Positions 9,374 to 17,112 of a stretch of DNA of 45,940 nucleotides are shown in pieces; position 1 is the stretch's first letter; each line of letters starts with the position of its first letter. The translations under genes were made by a program, and so were the position numbers. The DNA comes from Planctomycetota bacterium (GTDB lineage: Bacteria > Planctomycetota > Planctomycetia > Planctomycetales > Planctomycetaceae). The notes beneath the pieces are model-generated. The model was not told the origin of the DNA, did no database searches, and was given only the letters and a program-made list of their open reading frames with translations. The stretch lies in NCBI GenBank assembly GCA_021781115.1, contig JAJXXL010000591.1:1-45940 (forward strand), given 5' to 3'.

Positions 9374-9829
9374 TCACTGGTCGATGTTCAGTTGCCGGTG
9401 CGACGCCGGCGATAGATTGTCCTGATACGCCCGCTGGGCCAGGGCCCCGGCGGTCACATGCTGCAATTGCAGCCGGGTCTGATCACGCCGCTGCGCCAGA
9501 TGATCGGCCCCAATCTGCTCGTGTTGCAGGAGTTCAGCCAGGATTGACTCGGTTTCGGCGAGCGCCGCCTCGCAAGCGCTGCGTTCGGCCGCGGGCAACA
9601 CCGCCCGCTGCAATTGCCAGTCGGCCAACAGACCGGGGCGATCGCGGGTCAGCGCTTCCAGCCGCCCGATGATCCGCTGCTTGCCGCCCAAAATCGACAG
9701 CAGCCGCGGGTAGTTATCGTCTTCAATGAACCGCAACTGCTCGCGCGACAGCGCGAGCAGGTCGGCGAAACAGCGCCGGCGATCATTAAAGATCCTCAGG
9801 AAATCGGTGTCAGACGCCACAATCATCAA
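9374..9829 (-). CDS. FlgN-like putative flagellar export chaperone (hypothetical helical protein)
   Basis: 151 aa, all-helical, with a leucine-rich heptad pattern (FADLLALSREQLRFIEDDNYPRLLSILGGKQRIIGRLEAL...). Size and position directly upstream of flgB fit FlgN-type chaperones. I see no diagnostic catalytic motif, so the call rests on pattern and context. Confidence 0.4.
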   Translation of the reverse strand: MMIVASDTDFLRIFNDRRRCFADLLALSREQLRFIEDDNYPRLLSILGGKQRIIGRLEALTRDRPGLLADWQLQRAVLPAAERSACEAALAETESILAELLQHEQIGADHLAQRRDQTRLQLQHVTAGALAQRAYQDNLSPASHRQLNIDQ

Positions 9830-9970
9830 CAGGCCTCAAATTGAAAGGTCTTGCTGCATTCAATACGAACGAAACTCAAAGGGGGCGACATCGCGGCTGA
9901 AATCTCATGTGCGACAAATCCTGGCAGAACGAGTGGTTGCATGGCGCGGTCGGGGCCGCGGACTGAACGA

Positions 9971-12454
9971 TCATTGATGCAGTCGCATGGCCCAGTCGAG
10001 CCAGCCTTGCCAGTCTTCGCGGCTCAAGTCGCCCGGGTCGGCGTGAAATGCCTCGTCGGGCAGTTGCTTCAGGATCAGCCGGGCCTGGGCCAGCGTGCTC
10101 AGGGCCTCGGCTTTTTTGTTCAGGCGGTCGTAGCAATTGGCAATTTGCACGTAGGCAGTCAGCGAGGCGGCTTCCTGCTGGAAGTGGCCCGCGCTGCTGC
10201 TGTACGCAGAGATCGCGTCTTCGTAATGTTCGAGGTCGAAAAAACAGTGCGCCACGTCGAAATAGCAGTTGCGCAGCATGGCCTGCCCCGCCCGGTCGAG
10301 TTTACCCGCCGCCTGCCGCGCTGCCAGGTCAGCCTGCAAGTGTTGAAACTCGCGCACGGCACGTTCCAACCCGGTGATGATTTGTCGGCGAAACTCCTGG
10401 CGGGCGTTTTCGGTTTCGGCCACTTTCAGCTTTTCCTGAGGCGTTTCGGCCCGTTTTTGCAGGGCTTTGGCCAGCAGAAACCGCGCGTCGAGCGATTCGG
10501 GCGCATTGGGGTAGCGTTCGAGGAATTCCTCGAGTCGGCCCACGGCTTCGTCGAACCCGGTGTATGCCGCACTCAACGCGTCGCGCCCCTCGACCCCCGC
10601 GCCCGCCTGCCGCGCCTGTTTGCCGCGGCGTTGGGTCAGGTCGGCGGTGAAATACAGCAGCTTGCCCAGCGAGAACAGGCTTTTTCGCCATTCGAGCGCG
10701 TCGGGCGTCAATTCGCCCGAGTCCAGGATCTTACGCCACGCCTTTTCGGCCAGTTCGGGCTCATTGCGTTCGAGCTGGCAGACCCCCACGAGGTACCGCG
10801 CCTGAAAGGCGGCCGGGTCGGTGGGAAACTCGGCGATCGTTTCTTCAAAATCGGCCAAGGCCTCTTCGAGCCGGTCGAGGTCCATCAAGGCTTGCCCCCG
10901 CCGCACCAGCGCCGAGCCCAGCAGGGCCTTGTTGCGCGAATGAATGAACTGCGTGAGCTGCGTCACAGCGTTCTCAAAATCGTGCCCTTTGATGTAGTCT
11001 TCGGCGCTGAGCCACAGGGCGTCGGTGTGCGCCGACATCGTCTTGCGCGTTTCGGCCAGCCGCGCATACGCGTCACCACAGCGCTTCCAGTGTTGTTGCA
11101 ATTCGGCCTGCCGCAGTTCCTGGCGGTCGGACGGCAATTGCGCCACCTCGGTCGTCAGATGTTCGGCCCACCGCTGATTCGCGCGCGCCACGAGTTCGTA
11201 GGACTGGTCGCGCGGCACGGCGGGGCTCATCATTTCGGCCAAGCCAATCGCCTCGGCGAAAAAACCCTGCTCGGTCCAGGCGTTCCACGCTTCGAGCACC
11301 ACCTCGCGGACCCGCTTCAGGCTGATCCAGCGGTTGCGAAAGCTCTTGGGCCGACGGATTGACCGCAGTACAACGCCGTAGTTTTCCAGCGACTCTTCGT
11401 TGCGCCCCACCTTGCGCAGGGCGTCGGCGGCGCCCAACCGGGCAGCCAGCGCCTCGTGCGACCGCTCGAACCGCTCGACAGTGCGTTCGTAAAAGGTGCG
11501 GGCGTAATCGAGTTCACCCAACCGGTCGTAACAAACCCCCATCAGGTAGCAGGCCTGGCTGGTAAACGTGCGTTCCAGCCCCTCGTCGAGCGCTACCCGC
11601 TCCAGCAGCTTGATGGCCTCACGATACTTTTCGGGCGTGCCCTCGGCCATGCAGGTTTGCGCCAGCAACACCACCCGCCCGCGATTGCCGCTGCGGGTAC
11701 TGGTGACCTTGGCCAGGGCCTCTTCTGCCGCGGCGCGGCGACCCAGCGCCAGCAGGATCTGCGCCCGTTGCAAATAGCCGTGTTCGCGTTTTTCTCGCGG
11801 CAACTGCGCGTCTTCGAGCAGCGCCGTGTTCAGGGCCAGGGCGCGCTCGGCGTTTTCCCTGGTGGGCACGCAGAGATACGACTCGGCCAGCAGCAACGAC
11901 CCTTCGCTGCGCCCGGGCACGTAGGTCTTCACGGCTTCCTCAAGCAACGGCATCGCTTCATCGGTGGCACCCAGGCGATGCAGGCACAACCCCAGGTTGT
12001 AGGCCCATTCGGGCCGTCGCTCAGGAATCAGCGACAGATGCGCCGCCTCGCGCAACTCGCCCGCGGCCAGAATGTCGCGCTGTTCACGTGTCTCTTCATC
12101 CAGCAAGGCGGCATCGCGAAACGTCGCCACCCCCAGTACGAAATTCGCCCCCCCGGCGAAATCCGGATCCTGGTATCCGATTTCCTTCAGACTTTGCGCA
12201 ATTTCACGGGCCATCAGGTTCTTTCGCTCGTCGAGGAACCGCAACGCCTGTTTCAGTTTGAACGCTGGGGGAATTTCCGGTGGCAGCGTGACCAGGTACG
12301 CTCCATAGACCGCAGCCACAAACCCGATGCCCAACCCGAGCCAATGCACCAGCTTCAGCCGCCGGAACATCCCTTTGCGGGGTGCGGCTTCGCCTTCGGC
12401 CCGACCGGTCGCCACCGATTCGGCTTCGAGTTGTGTGTCGGCACGAGGCGCCAT
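9971..12454 (-). CDS. Membrane-anchored tetratricopeptide (TPR) repeat protein, first gene of the flagellar gene string
   Basis: 827 aa. A basic N-terminus (PRKGMFRRLK) is followed by one TM helix (LVHWLGLGIGFVAAVYGAYLV), then many TPR-like A/L/Y-rich helical pairs (...AISAYSSSAGHFQQEAASLTAYVQIANCYDRLNKKAEALSTLAQARLIL). Same strand as, and 141 nt upstream of, the FlgN-like gene. Confidence 0.8.
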   Translation of the reverse strand: MAPRADTQLEAESVATGRAEGEAAPRKGMFRRLKLVHWLGLGIGFVAAVYGAYLVTLPPEIPPAFKLKQALRFLDERKNLMAREIAQSLKEIGYQDPDFAGGANFVLGVATFRDAALLDEETREQRDILAAGELREAAHLSLIPERRPEWAYNLGLCLHRLGATDEAMPLLEEAVKTYVPGRSEGSLLLAESYLCVPTRENAERALALNTALLEDAQLPREKREHGYLQRAQILLALGRRAAAEEALAKVTSTRSGNRGRVVLLAQTCMAEGTPEKYREAIKLLERVALDEGLERTFTSQACYLMGVCYDRLGELDYARTFYERTVERFERSHEALAARLGAADALRKVGRNEESLENYGVVLRSIRRPKSFRNRWISLKRVREVVLEAWNAWTEQGFFAEAIGLAEMMSPAVPRDQSYELVARANQRWAEHLTTEVAQLPSDRQELRQAELQQHWKRCGDAYARLAETRKTMSAHTDALWLSAEDYIKGHDFENAVTQLTQFIHSRNKALLGSALVRRGQALMDLDRLEEALADFEETIAEFPTDPAAFQARYLVGVCQLERNEPELAEKAWRKILDSGELTPDALEWRKSLFSLGKLLYFTADLTQRRGKQARQAGAGVEGRDALSAAYTGFDEAVGRLEEFLERYPNAPESLDARFLLAKALQKRAETPQEKLKVAETENARQEFRRQIITGLERAVREFQHLQADLAARQAAGKLDRAGQAMLRNCYFDVAHCFFDLEHYEDAISAYSSSAGHFQQEAASLTAYVQIANCYDRLNKKAEALSTLAQARLILKQLPDEAFHADPGDLSREDWQGWLDWAMRLHQ

Positions 12455-12750
12455 GCACGTTCGCCGCCTGCATGACCCACATCCGCCGCTCGCCAGCGTT
12501 CACGGCCGCTCCGGCAACAAACGGGCAGACTGCGAAACTCCGGCGAAATGACGCCGCTTGGGGTCAATCTGTTCACGGGGTTGTTGAGAGAAATGGAATT
12601 TGAGCGGCGTGTAATACCCGCAACGACCGCGGCCTGTCAAGCCGTCTTCACGCCTCTCGACTTCGTTGCCGCAGGAAGGGCCCTGGTGGGCCGCAGTATT
12701 AAGGGGGGATCTCTCCAACGGTCCCGTGCGTGTTGGGTCTTCAAGGCATT

Positions 12751-12767
12751 CTGGCACGCGTCCCGCT
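12751..12767 (+). promoter_or_regulatory. Candidate sigma-54 type -24/-12 promoter element
   Basis: cTGGCACgcgtcccGCTg has GG and GC separated exactly as in the consensus TGGCACG-N4-TTGCW. It sits in a lower-GC stretch upstream of the probable true start of the TolC-family gene. Single-site match only. Confidence 0.25.
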
Positions 12768-12951
12768 GAAATCCTTGAGTCGTACATTCACTACAACCGA
12801 TACATTTTACGCAGTCCGCAATTTCATCAAAACCGGAGCGGTCCGTCATGTATGGAATGCCGCGTTGCCACGAACTCCATGCGGATCTGCAAGAAAATGT
12901 TGCAACACACTGAAATCAAATGAGTTTCGAAGAATCACCCCGCATCAATTC

Positions 12952-14745
12952 GTGTGGCTCGTAGCCGTGAATGATCTCCTCCCTCCGGTGACGCCGCTGT
13001 GCGGTTGGTTGCTCGCGTTTGCGATGCTCCTGCCGTGCGGATGTCAAACGACGACGTCCTCGACGACGGCGACAAAGGAGGTACGTTCGTATGTTCGCGA
13101 CCGGTCGCCGCGATTCGCGTCGTCGAGTGAATCGAGCGCGTTTGGCAGCGACGGCGCGAACTCAACCGCGAAGCGGAGTCAGCCCCGGGCTGACGACAAA
13201 CCGTCGCGGGTTGAGTTGGTCGCCTATGAAGAACCGGCCGATAGCACTCAAACCGCGCAGGACGATGCCGATTCCGAAATTCAAATCGCCGAGGGCGCAG
13301 GGGGCCGCCCGACTGTGACAAAGCACCGCAACCTGCTCGACCGCCTGAAAATTCCCCAGGAACTGCCTGGCTCAGAGGTTAAGCACATCACGTTGCCCAA
13401 GTACAACCCCGAGCGGGCCAACCCCGAACGCGACGCGGCGATTGAACATTTGTTTCCCGAATTGGCGCCGATTCCGCAAAAAGTGCAACCTGCAAAAGAT
13501 GACGCTCGCCAACCGCTGTCGCTCGATGAACTCGAGGATATCGCCGTCAAGAACAACCCGCTGATCATGCAGGCCCAAGCCGATGTCGAAGCGGCGATCG
13601 GTACGGCCATCGACGTCGGGGCGTACCCCAACCCCATGGTCGGGTACGAATCGGATACGGTCGGTTCCGCCGGTACACGCGACTACCAAGGGTTCTATTT
13701 CTCACAAATCATCAAGACCGGCGGCAAGCTCGAACTGGCACAGGCGGCGGCAAATGTCAACGTCATGAACAAGCAGCTCGCCTTGCGGCGGGCGAAAATC
13801 GACCTGCTGACCCGGGTGCGGGCGGCGTACTATGCCGTACTCGTCGCCAAGGAAAACGAAAACGTGACCCAGGCGCTGACCCGCTTTGCAGAAGAAGCGT
13901 TTCGCATTCAGCGCGAACAATTGTCCGGGGGGATCGGAGCCGCCTACGAACCGACCTGGTTGCGCGCGCAATCAGACCAGATGCGCGCCGCCCTGAGCTT
14001 GGCACAAATCCGGTACATTTCGGCCTGGAAGCAGTTGGCCGCCACGCTCGGCACGCCGAGTTTGCCCTCGACCGAAGTCGAGGGGCGGTTTGACGATTTT
14101 ATTCCCGTCATGAATTTCGACGACGCCCTGGAGCGTACGCTGAGCGTGCATACCGACATGCTCACCGCCCGCAACATGGAGGTTCAGGCGCGGTTCCTGC
14201 TCAAGCTCGAAGAGGTGCAGCCTGTTCCCGACGTGTACCTGTATTCGACCTATCAGAAGGACTTCACCGGCGCCCCGCTGTATCGTACGACATACAACGT
14301 GCAGCTTGGAATTCCCTTGCCGATCTTCGACCGGAACAAGGGCGGCATCAAGAACGCGCACGGCAACCTGGTGCGAGCCGCCGAGGAAATCAATCGCGTG
14401 CGGAATACGCTCAGCCAGAGCCTGGCCGACGCATTCGAGCGGTACCAAAGCAACCGCGTGCTCGTCGAAACGTATCGCAAGCAGATCATTCCGGATTTGA
14501 CGCGAACATTTCGCGGGGCGTTTGAACGGCATCAGGTCGACACCGAAAGCGTGGGCTTTGCCGATGTCGCCGTCGCCCAGCAAAACCTGTTGACATCGAT
14601 CACAACGTACATCAGCGCCCTGGGCGCGTATTGGACGGCGTTCACCGACGTGGCCGGCCTGTTGCAGGTCGAGCAATTGCACGACATCAGCACGCCCCGC
14701 GAAATGCCCCCGGCGCCGTTGCCACCCGCCGAACCACAGCCTTGA
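12952..14745 (+). CDS. TolC-family outer membrane efflux protein (CusC/CzcC-like OEP) with a long disordered N-terminal extension
   Basis: The C-terminal ~430 aa show the two OEP repeats (LSLDELEDIAVKNNPLIMQAQADVEAA...; ...LVRAAEEINRVRNTLSQSLADAFERYQSNRVLVETYRKQIIPDL). A hydrophobic/Cys segment (LLAFAMLLPCGCQ) is followed by about 170 aa of Ser/Thr/Asp-rich linker. The start is uncertain (in-frame GTG 12952, GTG 12988, ATG 13024). The track start 12730 runs through a low-GC region that is probably non-coding. Confidence 0.85.
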   Translation: MWLVAVNDLLPPVTPLCGWLLAFAMLLPCGCQTTTSSTTATKEVRSYVRDRSPRFASSSESSAFGSDGANSTAKRSQPRADDKPSRVELVAYEEPADSTQTAQDDADSEIQIAEGAGGRPTVTKHRNLLDRLKIPQELPGSEVKHITLPKYNPERANPERDAAIEHLFPELAPIPQKVQPAKDDARQPLSLDELEDIAVKNNPLIMQAQADVEAAIGTAIDVGAYPNPMVGYESDTVGSAGTRDYQGFYFSQIIKTGGKLELAQAAANVNVMNKQLALRRAKIDLLTRVRAAYYAVLVAKENENVTQALTRFAEEAFRIQREQLSGGIGAAYEPTWLRAQSDQMRAALSLAQIRYISAWKQLAATLGTPSLPSTEVEGRFDDFIPVMNFDDALERTLSVHTDMLTARNMEVQARFLLKLEEVQPVPDVYLYSTYQKDFTGAPLYRTTYNVQLGIPLPIFDRNKGGIKNAHGNLVRAAEEINRVRNTLSQSLADAFERYQSNRVLVETYRKQIIPDLTRTFRGAFERHQVDTESVGFADVAVAQQNLLTSITTYISALGAYWTAFTDVAGLLQVEQLHDISTPREMPPAPLPPAEPQP

Positions 14746-14953
14746 CGGCTTGCTGCGGCACGAATTACCGGATTTTCCGATCCGGGTGGACGTTTAGAGT
14801 TTTACGGTTCTGACAGCAGTGCCGGTTTCGACAGATTCAAGTCTTGCAACGATCGTGCCGATAATTCCTTAAGCGACACCTAGTCCAACCGGGGGGCCAG
14901 GCCCCGAACCAACGCGCCTGCCGCGTTCCCCAGTCTCGAGAGAGAGCCTATTC

Positions 14954-15310
14954 ATGAAACGGATTTCACTGCTGCTGTTGGGGTTGAGTTTCGTCACCTG
15001 GGCTGCCGGTTGCTGCTGCTGGATGCCCAGTCGTTGCGGTCGCTGCTCACGCTGCTCGTCCTGCGGCGATTCGTGCGGAGGCGGCATGCCGATGGCGACC
15101 GGCGGATGCTGTGGCGACGGCGGCATCGCAAACGCAGAATACGGCATGCCCGGCCAGATGTCAGGCGGTTGCGCCAGCGGCAACTGCGCACACGGCGGAA
15201 TGCCACAATACGACGAAGGCGGCGGTTGGACGAACATGACGCCCATGCCCGCGCCCGGCACGCCCCAGGGTCAACCGACGCCGATTCAACCGGTTCCCGG
15301 CGTCAAATAG
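14954..15310 (+). CDS. Small secreted Cys/Met/Gly-rich putative lipoprotein (possible metal-binding protein)
   Basis: 118 aa. Signal peptide MKRISLLLLGLSFVTWAAG followed by CCC (lipobox-like AAG|C). About 12 Cys and about 9 Met lie in repeated G-M-P and C-x2-C contexts (RCGRCSRCSSCGDSC, GGCCGDGG, EYGMPGQM, HGGMPQY). The tail is Pro-rich. GC3-rich codon usage is consistent with a real gene. Confidence 0.6.
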   Translation: MKRISLLLLGLSFVTWAAGCCCWMPSRCGRCSRCSSCGDSCGGGMPMATGGCCGDGGIANAEYGMPGQMSGGCASGNCAHGGMPQYDEGGGWTNMTPMPAPGTPQGQPTPIQPVPGVK

Positions 15311-15344
15311 AATCGGGTCACCTCGTTGCCAGTCAAACCGCATC

Positions 15345-15385
15345 ACCGGCCCCGTCGCGCCACACCGCCGGGGCCGGTTTGCATT
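15345..15385 (+). terminator. Intrinsic-terminator-like hairpin after the Cys-rich gene
   Basis: Perfect 10-bp stem ACCGGCCCCG (15345-15354) / CGGGGCCGGT (15369-15378) with a 14-nt loop, followed by TTGCATT. The U-tract is short. Confidence 0.45.
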
Positions 15386-15713
15386 GGCAGGCAAGGGTTT
15401 CCGTTTCCGGTGCACACACCACCGAACGCTCGCCCTGATGTCGCCCGAATACCGGAAATGGCGCACCGGGCGGCACCCTCGATGTGGAACACGCGGGGCA
15501 GCGAACCATGCGGCGTGCCGCAACCGCCTGGCGCACGCGGGCTGATGCGAAATCTGGTGCGAAGCCGCACGCCGGTCGCTGGTTTTCAACAGCGACATGG
15601 TGTATCCTGCCTGATCCTCTTCAACCCGCGGCAAATGCGAGCGAGTTCAAGAGCGCGTACCTGATTTTGCACCGTCAGATTGCCACCCGTAAAGCGCGTG
15701 CCGGCAATTGACC

Positions 15714-15786
<73 letters not shown>

Positions 15787-15790
15787 ATCG

Positions 15791-15830
15791 AAAATCCTCG
15801 GGAAAATCGCTGTTTTCTCGGGGATTTTTG
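15791..15830 (+). terminator. Intrinsic terminator after tRNA-Lys
   Basis: 16-bp stem AAAATCCTCGGGAAAA (15791-15806) / TTTTCTCGGGGATTTT (15813-15828). Its two G-U wobbles pair only in the plus-strand RNA. 6-nt loop, T-rich tail. Confidence 0.7.
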
Positions 15831-15851
15831 CATTCTTTGGGATTGTTGAGA

Positions 15852-15925
15852 GTATCAGGCAGTATCATGTTGTTTCCCAAAATATCAGGGTTTGGGCACA
15901 ATCTGGGCACAATGGCGGGCACAAT
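15852..15925. repeat. AT-rich patch with phased direct repeats (3x GGGCACAAT; 3x (G/A)TATCA(GG))
   Basis: GGGCACAAT occurs at 15894-15902, 15905-15913 and 15917-15925 (spacing 11 and 12 nt). GTATCAGG is at 15852-15859, GTATCA at 15862-15867 and ATATCAGGG at 15882-15890. By eye, local GC is clearly lower than the rest of the window. Confidence 0.8.
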
Positions 15926-15980
15926 GGAATCGGTCGTTCCGGTCGCTCGAACACGCAAGCCGACGTAAAAAGAATCGGAT

Positions 15981-16330
15981 TTGAGGCGTGAGCGTCGGAC
16001 GGGTTGGCGCTGCGGCCAGAATTTGGCTCTGCATTGGGCCGACGTGGACCTTGACCCCGGAATCGCCCTTTCCTATGCCGCCGCGAACGAAGGCGGGCGC
16101 GATAGGAAGATTCCGTTGCACTCGTGCCTCGTCGATCACCTACGAAAGCGGGCGGGCAAGCGGGGGGCTGGTACAACTTCCGCGACTTCCGCCGCAGGTT
16201 CGCCACGTCGCACGCGGCGGGAAGGGACCTGTTCAGACTTCGGGCCCTGATATGCCCCACCGTGACTTGGAATCCACCCGCGGATATGTCAGCATGTCGA
16301 AATCGTGGAACGACACGGATGCCGGGCTGT
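15981..16330 (+). pseudogene. Tyrosine recombinase/phage integrase, C-terminal catalytic fragment, N-terminally truncated and frameshifted
   Basis: Catalytic-domain motifs are spread over three frames. Frame of 15981: TGWRCGQNLALHWADVDLDPG...GGRDRKIPLHSCLVDHL (box I Arg region). Frame of 16124: WYNFRDFRRRFATSHAAGRDLFRLRAL (HxLR box; His replaced by Arg). Frame of 15988: MPHRDLESTRGYVSM (GH...T..Y box with the catalytic Tyr). The roughly 150-200 aa N-terminal part is missing and the segment between boxes is shortened. Confidence 0.65.
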
Positions 16331-16430
16331 TCGCGCCGCCCATGCGGAAGCGGGCAAAAGCCGTAGTGTCGAACGGATGTTTTTCGGGTTACCTCGATTT
16401 TCGACGCAACTCTTTAGACCAAAGGCACAA

Positions 16431-16504
16431 GGGGCCGTAGCTCAATCGGTTAGAGCAGCAGACTCATAATCTGTTGGTTCTGGGTTCGAGTCCCAGCGGC
16501 CCCA
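16431..16504 (+). tRNA. tRNA-Met (anticodon CAT; elongator type, tRNA-Ile2/lysidine not excluded)
   Basis: Cloverleaf: acceptor GGGGCCG/CGGCCCC (G1-C72 paired, so not an initiator), D-arm GCTC-AATCGGTT-AGAGC, anticodon arm GCAGA-CTCATAA-TCTGT, T-arm CTGGG-TTCGAGT-CCCAG, discriminator A. Confidence 0.9.
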
Positions 16505-16510
16505 CTCGCA

Positions 16511-16549
16511 TAATCCTCGGGAAAGCGCCTGTTTTCTCCGGGGTTTTTG
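16511..16549 (+). terminator. Intrinsic terminator after tRNA-Met (homologous to the one after tRNA-Lys)
   Basis: Stem AATCCTCGGGAAA / TTTTCTCCGGGGTT with one bulge, followed by a TTTTT tract. About 40 of 50 nt are identical to 15787-15836. Confidence 0.65.
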
Positions 16550-17112
16550 TATTGGTGCCGGGCAGGTTTCAAAGCCTGGGGTCGCCAGGCCCCTACCCAG
16601 CCTGGGGGAGGTGCAGGAATGCCGAAGCGCATGGGGCAGAGCCGCAAGACTCGACACGACCCCGATTCTCAGGAGTTATCGAGCGTATCGGACATTATCA
16701 TTAGACGTCCTCGACGGTCGCCTGTCTGTGAGGATTCTTTACACGCCCTGACCAAGCGGGAATCGTCGGTTCCCCGCCCAAGTCCAAGATTTTCGGGGCC
16801 GGAAAACATGCTCGGAATTGCTTCGGCCGCGCCTGCCAGATCGGCAACCGAACGATGCGTGTATAACGTTTACCGTCGGGGTGGTGTCGCCGAATGTCGG
16901 GCCAGTTTCTGAACCGTTGCCCCGAAAATTCGCCCGTGTTTCTTCCGTTGCCTGCCCCACGGCCCGCGTTTTCACGAATTTCACGCCCACCGCATTAGCC
17001 TGATTCGACCCGCGTGCTGTATAGTTGACGTTTCACGGCGAGCTGGCCCTGCCCGCGCGGGGACGGCGTCGATTGGTCTGTCATTGCTGGAAATCAGTTC
17101 GGATCGCCCGAC

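Larger units (their letters stand above)
15787..16430 (+). mobile_element. Probable remnant of a tRNA-associated integrative element (integrase fragment plus candidate arm-type repeats)
   Basis: Contains the repeat patch and the degraded tyrosine recombinase, bounded by two tRNA genes. No intact mobility gene remains. Confidence 0.4.

Noticed and set aside
9851-11362. 503-aa plus-strand ORF opposite the TPR gene
   Set aside because: Antisense shadow ORF. Its composition (R, G, P, Q, F runs) is not protein-like, while the minus-strand TPR protein has clear repeat structure.
12730-12951. 5' extension of the TolC-family ORF (GTG start at 12730)
   Set aside because: It runs through a lower-GC segment that looks like a promoter, and the predicted peptide (…TFTTTDTFYAVRNFIKTGAVRHVW…) is followed only later by the hydrophobic signal-like segment. 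It is more likely non-coding, although the exact start remains unresolved.
16619-16912. 98-aa ORF with a GGAGG Shine-Dalgarno-like sequence in the tRNA-Met/nadE spacer
   Set aside because: The product is Arg/Ser/Pro-rich, third-position GC is mixed and unlike neighbouring genes, and no motif is recognisable. It is kept only as a note inside the finding on the non-coding stretch.
16990-17112. Possible NAD+-sensing riboswitch in the nadE leader
   Set aside because: Only a short CCCGCGCGGG palindrome is present. I could not recognise the tandem-domain nadA-type architecture or any other riboswitch core, and this cannot be supported without a covariance-model scan.
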